DNA of 32,000 nucleotides from Desulfobulbus propionicus DSM 2032 (GTDB lineage Bacteria; Desulfobacterota; Desulfobulbia; Desulfobulbales; Desulfobulbaceae): NCBI RefSeq assembly GCF_000186885.1, contig NC_014972.1, positions 540,001 to 572,000 of the forward strand, read 5' to 3'. Shown piece by piece: positions 27,321 to 32,000 of this stretch (position 1 is its first letter; each line of letters starts with the position of its first letter). The notes under the pieces were generated by a model. It saw only the letters and a program-made list of their open reading frames with translations, ran no database searches and was not told where the DNA came from. The position numbers and the translations under genes were made by a program.

Positions 27321-29107
27321 TAAAGCTTCTTCACCTCGATTTCCTGTACAAAACTATTGGCCTTATCATGCCATCGGACCATTTCCTGCACCGGTAAAAC
27401 ACGGAGAAAAAACTTCCCAGGACGCTCGGGTGCCTTTACCCGAACCGTACATCTCGTTTCTTGATCTGGACGAACAGGAACTTGCAGGGGGGTACGTAAC
27501 CCATCAAAAACGACTATGGTATCAGCTTCGTCTGCCCAATGATAACTTAAATGTATTGGATGCTTACCATAGCTGGTCAGCCAGTTCTCTCCAAAGTAGG
27601 TGACGCGCACTGGGACAAAAAACTCTTCTAATGGTTTGACCTGTTTTGGTGTCTTTACAACCTGCAAGGAAAGACTCAATGCATCCTCTTCTGAAAGAGG
27701 TGGCATGGAGAATAACATGGCTATTTTTTTTGTGTTTATAGGTTGATGTGAAGCGACCGCGAAGAGGCTAGTGGCGCGGCGAAAATCTGCTATGCGAAAA
27801 TGCCGTATTAAGCTGCCTCCCATGCTCTGGAAATCTGCAAACCAAAGAACAACATAGGGGAAATGACGGGATAATTGGCGCTTTAGCACGCGCGGGTTCT
27901 GCTCGTTTATATGCATTAACCGTTCATACCAGGTACGACGAATACGTGGCAACCAGCACCCTATCTTTTTAGCAGCCTTTTGCTCTTCGGGATGGCCGTA
28001 ACGATACCACCAGAGATTAGGCGCCGAGTGAACGACTAAAGATCCAAGGTTCTTCTTTAGTTTTTTACTGATAATTTTGTACAGAAGATCGTCTTCTATG
28101 GGGGACAGATGTTCTACGATGTCGGATGCGACCGCGAGATCGTAGTTCTCATCATATACATTCAAATCCAACACACTGCCGCAAACAATATTAACATTTG
28201 TGCGGCCTTCGGTGTCTAGAGTTTTTTTGATCAGTTGAACAGCATCAGTGGAATAATCGATAGATGTTACTTTTGCACCCTGCTGCGCAAAAAAACGTGT
28301 CAGTTCTCCCCGGCCAGCACCGAGATCGACGACACGGTGAGGAATGCAGAGTGTCATGCCAACATGAGCGACAGCCTGTAAGCGAGGGTCTATTCTTTCT
28401 CCTTTACTGCAACGCCACTCTTTATACCCTCCACAGTCATTAAGGTAATAGTCTGTCGTGTAGGCGGACGCGAGAGATGGGCTACCTGCAGGAGCAAATG
28501 AGACTAGGTTTGTATCTTTTGTTCGGATTAGTAATTCACCGGCATAGCTGGGAATCGCGATGGTCGATTCGACAGCCGCTTTGTTTAGCCAAAGCCATTC
28601 ATTGACAGCCTGGAAATTGTCGCGTGTCCAGTGGTACCCATCCACGAGAATGTAACGCGCTTGCATTGAGGCTAAATCAAGATCATGGAATGTCCCATCT
28701 CCGTCTTGTTGGCCATCGACATGTATCAAATCAAAAGTGTCTCCGGGCAATCTTTGCAGATTTTGACTGTTCATCTTGATGATACTGACGTTGAACTGTG
28801 CGGTGAGAGATTGTTCTGCCCAATCTACAGCACCTGGTTGGCCACCAAAGGCAGGTAAATCCGCGTCAATACCTATCAATTTAGCTTTCGGACTTCCCTC
28901 TAAAAAAGCACGCGCGGAGTATCCATAACGAACGCCAATCTCTAGAATATTTGATGGTGCTAGCGCCCTAGCAATAGCCCATTTCATTCGATAATAGGCA
29001 ACCCATTCATCGAAAAAATCAATCAAGGGATCTTCTGCGCAGGCATGAACGCGAAAATCATAGGTGCAGGTCTGATAAGCTTTGAGTATTTCGTTTAGCA
29101 TGGTCAA
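27320..29107 (-). CDS. Double class I methyltransferase with a C-terminal beta-sandwich-like domain
   Basis: 595 aa.
- MT domain 1 (~aa 40-165): ILEIGVRYGYSARAFL, LIGIDAD and FDLIHVDGQQDGDG.
- MT domain 2 (~aa 215-370): YYLNDCGGYKEW, VVDLGAGRGELTRFFAQQGAKVTSIDYS and ASDIVEHL.
- C-terminal 118 aa (27323-27676): beta-rich pattern IHLSYHW...FDGLRTPL...VRVKAPERPGKFFLRVLPVQEMVRW. Confidence 0.75.
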   Translation of the reverse strand: MTMLNEILKAYQTCTYDFRVHACAEDPLIDFFDEWVAYYRMKWAIARALAPSNILEIGVRYGYSARAFLEGSPKAKLIGIDADLPAFGGQPGAVDWAEQSLTAQFNVSIIKMNSQNLQRLPGDTFDLIHVDGQQDGDGTFHDLDLASMQARYILVDGYHWTRDNFQAVNEWLWLNKAAVESTIAIPSYAGELLIRTKDTNLVSFAPAGSPSLASAYTTDYYLNDCGGYKEWRCSKGERIDPRLQAVAHVGMTLCIPHRVVDLGAGRGELTRFFAQQGAKVTSIDYSTDAVQLIKKTLDTEGRTNVNIVCGSVLDLNVYDENYDLAVASDIVEHLSPIEDDLLYKIISKKLKKNLGSLVVHSAPNLWWYRYGHPEEQKAAKKIGCWLPRIRRTWYERLMHINEQNPRVLKRQLSRHFPYVVLWFADFQSMGGSLIRHFRIADFRRATSLFAVASHQPINTKKIAMLFSMPPLSEEDALSLSLQVVKTPKQVKPLEEFFVPVRVTYFGENWLTSYGKHPIHLSYHWADEADTIVVFDGLRTPLQVPVRPDQETRCTVRVKAPERPGKFFLRVLPVQEMVRWHDKANSFVQEIEVKKL

Positions 29108-29145
29108 TAACTCATTGAAAGTCAGATAGAAAAGCAGGTCGGCTG

Positions 29146-30519
29146 TCAGGCTGCGTCTCTAATGATCTTTTCGACTTTCCGCACACACTCGTCTATCAGC
29201 ACAGCATCGCCGCGCGACTCGACATTCAGGCGCAGCAACGGCTCGGTGTTGGAAGCGCGCAGATTCATCCGCCACTGAGTAAAATCCAGACTGATCCCGT
29301 CGGTTCGATCGACAGCCGGCTTGAGGGTGGCAAAATGGCTCTCCACCGCGCGGATGGCGGCCAAGGTATCAGCGACCCGATAATTGATCTCCCCGCTGCA
29401 GGGATACAGGGCTTCGCGGTCATTGACCAGGCTGGACAACGGCTTGCCGGTGGTGCTCATCAGTTCGGCCACCAGAAGCCAGGGGATCATGCCGCTATCA
29501 CAGTAGGCAAAATCGCGAAAATAATGATGGGCGCTCATTTCTCCACCGTAAATGGCGTTTTCCGCGCGCATGCGTTCCTTGATGAAGGCGTGGCCGGTCT
29601 TGCTTTGAATGGGAATGCCGCCAGCTTTACTGACGATATCGATGGTATTCCAAGTCAGCCGCGGGTCATGTATGATCTTTGCGCCGGACGCATGGGCCAG
29701 GAATGCGGCGGCCAGCAATCCAACAACATAGTACCCCTCGATGAAACGGCCGTGTTCGTCGAAAAAAAAGCAGCGATCGAAATCACCATCCCAGGCCAGA
29801 CCCATGTCCGCCCGATGGGCGATGACGGCCTCGCTGGTGGCGGCGCGGTTTTCCGGCAGCAACGGATTGGGAATGCCATGGGGAAAGGTCCCGTCTGGCT
29901 GATGGTGGATCTTGATCATCTGTAACGGCACGGCCAGTTCACGGAATCGACATTCAAGAGCGTCCAAGACATGGCCGGCGGCACCGTTGCCTGCGTTGAC
30001 CACCAGTTTAAGTGGCTGGATCCGGGATGGGGCAATATAACGGAGCAGGTGGTCGACATACGGTTCGAGGATGGACAGGCTGCTTTGCTTGCCCCGTTGT
30101 ACCGGGGCTGAAAAGGCGTTCTCTTCAGCCAGTCGTTGGATTTCCTTGAGGCCGGTATCGCCGCTGATGGGGCGAGCCCCACCACGGACCAGTTTCATGC
30201 CGTTATAGTCGATAGGGTTGTGGCTGGCGGTTATTTCGATTCCTCCATCCACATCGAGATAAAAGGCGGCAAAATACACCTCCTCCGTGCCGACGAGGCC
30301 TATATCGATCACATCGGTCCCGGCATCGAGCAACCCCTCGGTCACGACGGCCTTGAGCGCCTCGCTGCTCAGGCGAACGTCACTCCCGACAACCACCCGA
30401 CGGGCGCACAGGTGTTCCCCAAACGCCCGGCCAATGCGACGGGCGATGTCCTCGTTCAGCTCGGAACCGAGTTTGCCTCGAATGTCATAAGCCTTGAAAC
30501 AGGAAAGAGTCATTGGCAT
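29146..30519 (-). CDS. manB: Phosphomannomutase/phosphoglucomutase
   Basis: 457 aa with the active-site loop [14 protein letters not shown], the metal site [12 protein letters not shown] and the sugar loop [10 protein letters not shown]. The start overlaps the manC stop by 10 nt. Confidence 0.87.
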   Translation of the reverse strand: MPMTLSCFKAYDIRGKLGSELNEDIARRIGRAFGEHLCARRVVVGSDVRLSSEALKAVVTEGLLDAGTDVIDIGLVGTEEVYFAAFYLDVDGGIEITASHNPIDYNGMKLVRGGARPISGDTGLKEIQRLAEENAFSAPVQRGKQSSLSILEPYVDHLLRYIAPSRIQPLKLVVNAGNGAAGHVLDALECRFRELAVPLQMIKIHHQPDGTFPHGIPNPLLPENRAATSEAVIAHRADMGLAWDGDFDRCFFFDEHGRFIEGYYVVGLLAAAFLAHASGAKIIHDPRLTWNTIDIVSKAGGIPIQSKTGHAFIKERMRAENAIYGGEMSAHHYFRDFAYCDSGMIPWLLVAELMSTTGKPLSSLVNDREALYPCSGEINYRVADTLAAIRAVESHFATLKPAVDRTDGISLDFTQWRMNLRASNTEPLLRLNVESRGDAVLIDECVRKVEKIIRDAA

Positions 30520-31946
30520 CGTCCGTACTTGTCACTCAGGCGGACGATGTCGTCTTCACCGAGATACTCGCCGCTCTGGACTTCAATCATGACCAGATTA
30601 AGAATACCTGGATTTTCAAGCCGATGCGAACAGCCGGCTGGAATGTAGGTAGATTCATTGGCACCGACCAGCAGTTCCTGATCACCATTGGTTACCTTTG
30701 CCATGCCGTTGACGACAATCCAGTGTTCGCTGCGATGGTGGTGCATCTGCAGGCTGAGACTAGCACCCGGCTTGACCTCGATTCGTTTGATCTTGAACCG
30801 TGGCCCCTCCTCGAGGACAGTGTAGCTCCCCCAAGGACGAAAAACGGTCCGGTGCAGTTTGTAGGCGTCGTGGTTCTGTTTTTTTAGCAGGGTAACCACT
30901 TTTTTCACGTCCTGCGCCTTGTCCGGGGGAACGATCAGGAGAGCGTCGGCCGTATCGACAATGATTAAGTCGTCGACCCCGACCGTAGCGATCAGGCGTT
31001 CTTCGCTTTGCGCAAAGATATTGTGGCTGTCGACAAAGAGGCATTCACCGATCCCGCGGTTGTTGTCGGCATCAGCTTTTATCAGCTGGCTGACCGCGCT
31101 CCAGGAACCGATGTCGCTCCAGCCAATGTCGGCCGGCAAGACGGCAATGTTCGCTGAGCGTTCCAGTAAGGCATAATCCACCGAGATGTCGGGGAACTGT
31201 TCGAAATGTTTGGCAGGGATCTCAAGCATGTTCGCATCGGCTTTTGTGGTGTGTCGCAGCTCTTGCCAACAGGCTTGGGCAGTTTGGAAAATGTCCGGCG
31301 CATGCAGGGCAAATTCGTTGAGCACAGTACCCGCTAAAAAACAAAACATTCCGGAATTCCAATAAAAATTTCCAGACGAGACGTATTTTTGCGCGGTTTC
31401 TACATCAGGTTTTTCCACAAAACGTAGAACGGACCTGCCCGGTGGAATGTTCGGACCGGCTTCAATGTATCCAAATCCTGTTTCCGGCATGGAGGGGACG
31501 ATGCCGAAGGTTACCAGGCGTCCTTGTCGGGCTAAAATTTCAGCATTTTGCACTGCCTCGGCAAAGGCTTCTTGCCGTTGAACCAAGTGGTCAGCGGGCA
31601 GGACCAAGAGGCAAGCATCGCGATCAAATTGCTCAGCAACCATGAATGCGGACATAATGATCGCTGCGGCCGTATTGCGACCAAAAGGCTCCAGCAGAAA
31701 GGTGTTGCGACATTCAACGTCACCCACCCGCGCCTTGGTTAATTCGTCCTTGCTCATGAAAAAATAGTCGCGATTTGTGGCTGTCAGAATCTGCCCACCC
31801 TGGGCGACTGCCGCGGCACGCAGGTAGGTCTTTAGGAGCAGGCTTTGCCCATCGGTCAACTGCATAAAAGGTTTGGGGTGCCCTTGGCGGGAAACCGGCC
31901 AAAGGCGTGTTCCTGCACCACCGGAAAGAATTAGGGGAATGAGCAT
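30510..31946 (-). CDS. manC: Bifunctional mannose-1-phosphate guanylyltransferase / mannose-6-phosphate isomerase (type II PMI-GMP)
   Basis: 478 aa with the N-terminal [19 protein letters not shown], and a C-terminal cupin ([30 protein letters not shown]). Confidence 0.9.
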   Translation of the reverse strand: MLIPLILSGGAGTRLWPVSRQGHPKPFMQLTDGQSLLLKTYLRAAAVAQGGQILTATNRDYFFMSKDELTKARVGDVECRNTFLLEPFGRNTAAAIIMSAFMVAEQFDRDACLLVLPADHLVQRQEAFAEAVQNAEILARQGRLVTFGIVPSMPETGFGYIEAGPNIPPGRSVLRFVEKPDVETAQKYVSSGNFYWNSGMFCFLAGTVLNEFALHAPDIFQTAQACWQELRHTTKADANMLEIPAKHFEQFPDISVDYALLERSANIAVLPADIGWSDIGSWSAVSQLIKADADNNRGIGECLFVDSHNIFAQSEERLIATVGVDDLIIVDTADALLIVPPDKAQDVKKVVTLLKKQNHDAYKLHRTVFRPWGSYTVLEEGPRFKIKRIEVKPGASLSLQMHHHRSEHWIVVNGMAKVTNGDQELLVGANESTYIPAGCSHRLENPGILNLVMIEVQSGEYLGEDDIVRLSDKYGRCQ

Positions 31947-32000
31947 AGGGAGAGAGCCTGTCGTTTTCGGTTTATTGGTTTTCGATTGTGCAACACCGGA

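Overview
This is a 32-kb bacterial chromosomal window, probably from a diderm organism, and it falls into two blocks. All family assignments rest on motifs I recognise by eye, because no database search was possible.

Block 1 (1-8816, + strand) is housekeeping and GC-rich, with sampled 60-nt lines at about 60-68% G+C. The gene order is argG (3' part), argH, an FN3 lipoprotein, dapF, dapA, dapB, folK, a YHS-domain protein, transaldolase/FSA, a lytic transglycosylase and pgsA. Several of these genes have ATGA or TTGA stop-start overlaps.

Block 2 (9048-31946, all cellular genes on the - strand) is a surface-glycan locus resembling O-antigen or common-polysaccharide-antigen clusters. It is built on the GDP-mannose to GDP-6-deoxyhexose route. 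In transcription order it contains:
- manC and manB;
- a 595-aa double methyltransferase with a C-terminal beta-sandwich-like domain;
- a 586-aa methyltransferase fused to a 182-aa perfectly periodic helical rod, encoded by 13 tandem 42-bp repeats;
- a 1250-aa three-module GT4 glycosyltransferase;
- a very AT-rich modification cassette (MBOAT O-acyltransferase, AlgX/AlgJ-like partner, tandem-domain sulfotransferase-like protein);
- gmd, rmd and two single-module GT4 enzymes.

The AT-rich cassette carries four pieces of mobile DNA:
- an IS1380-like element between the polymerase gene and the MBOAT gene;
- an IS5-family element inside the MBOAT gene, with a 4-bp TAAA duplication, whose removal restores the reading frame;
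- a 323-bp MITE-like derivative of that same IS;
- a frameshifted, truncated IS630-family transposase.

The most interesting item is the methyltransferase-rod protein together with its neighbours. They look like a polymerase / terminator / molecular-ruler set with the logic of WbdA/WbdD, but the ruler is made from a young, recombination-prone tandem repeat.

The window contains no ABC exporter (wzm/wzt), no Wzx/Wzy/Wzz and no initiating phosphoglycosyltransferase. I saw no rRNA, tRNA or CRISPR array.
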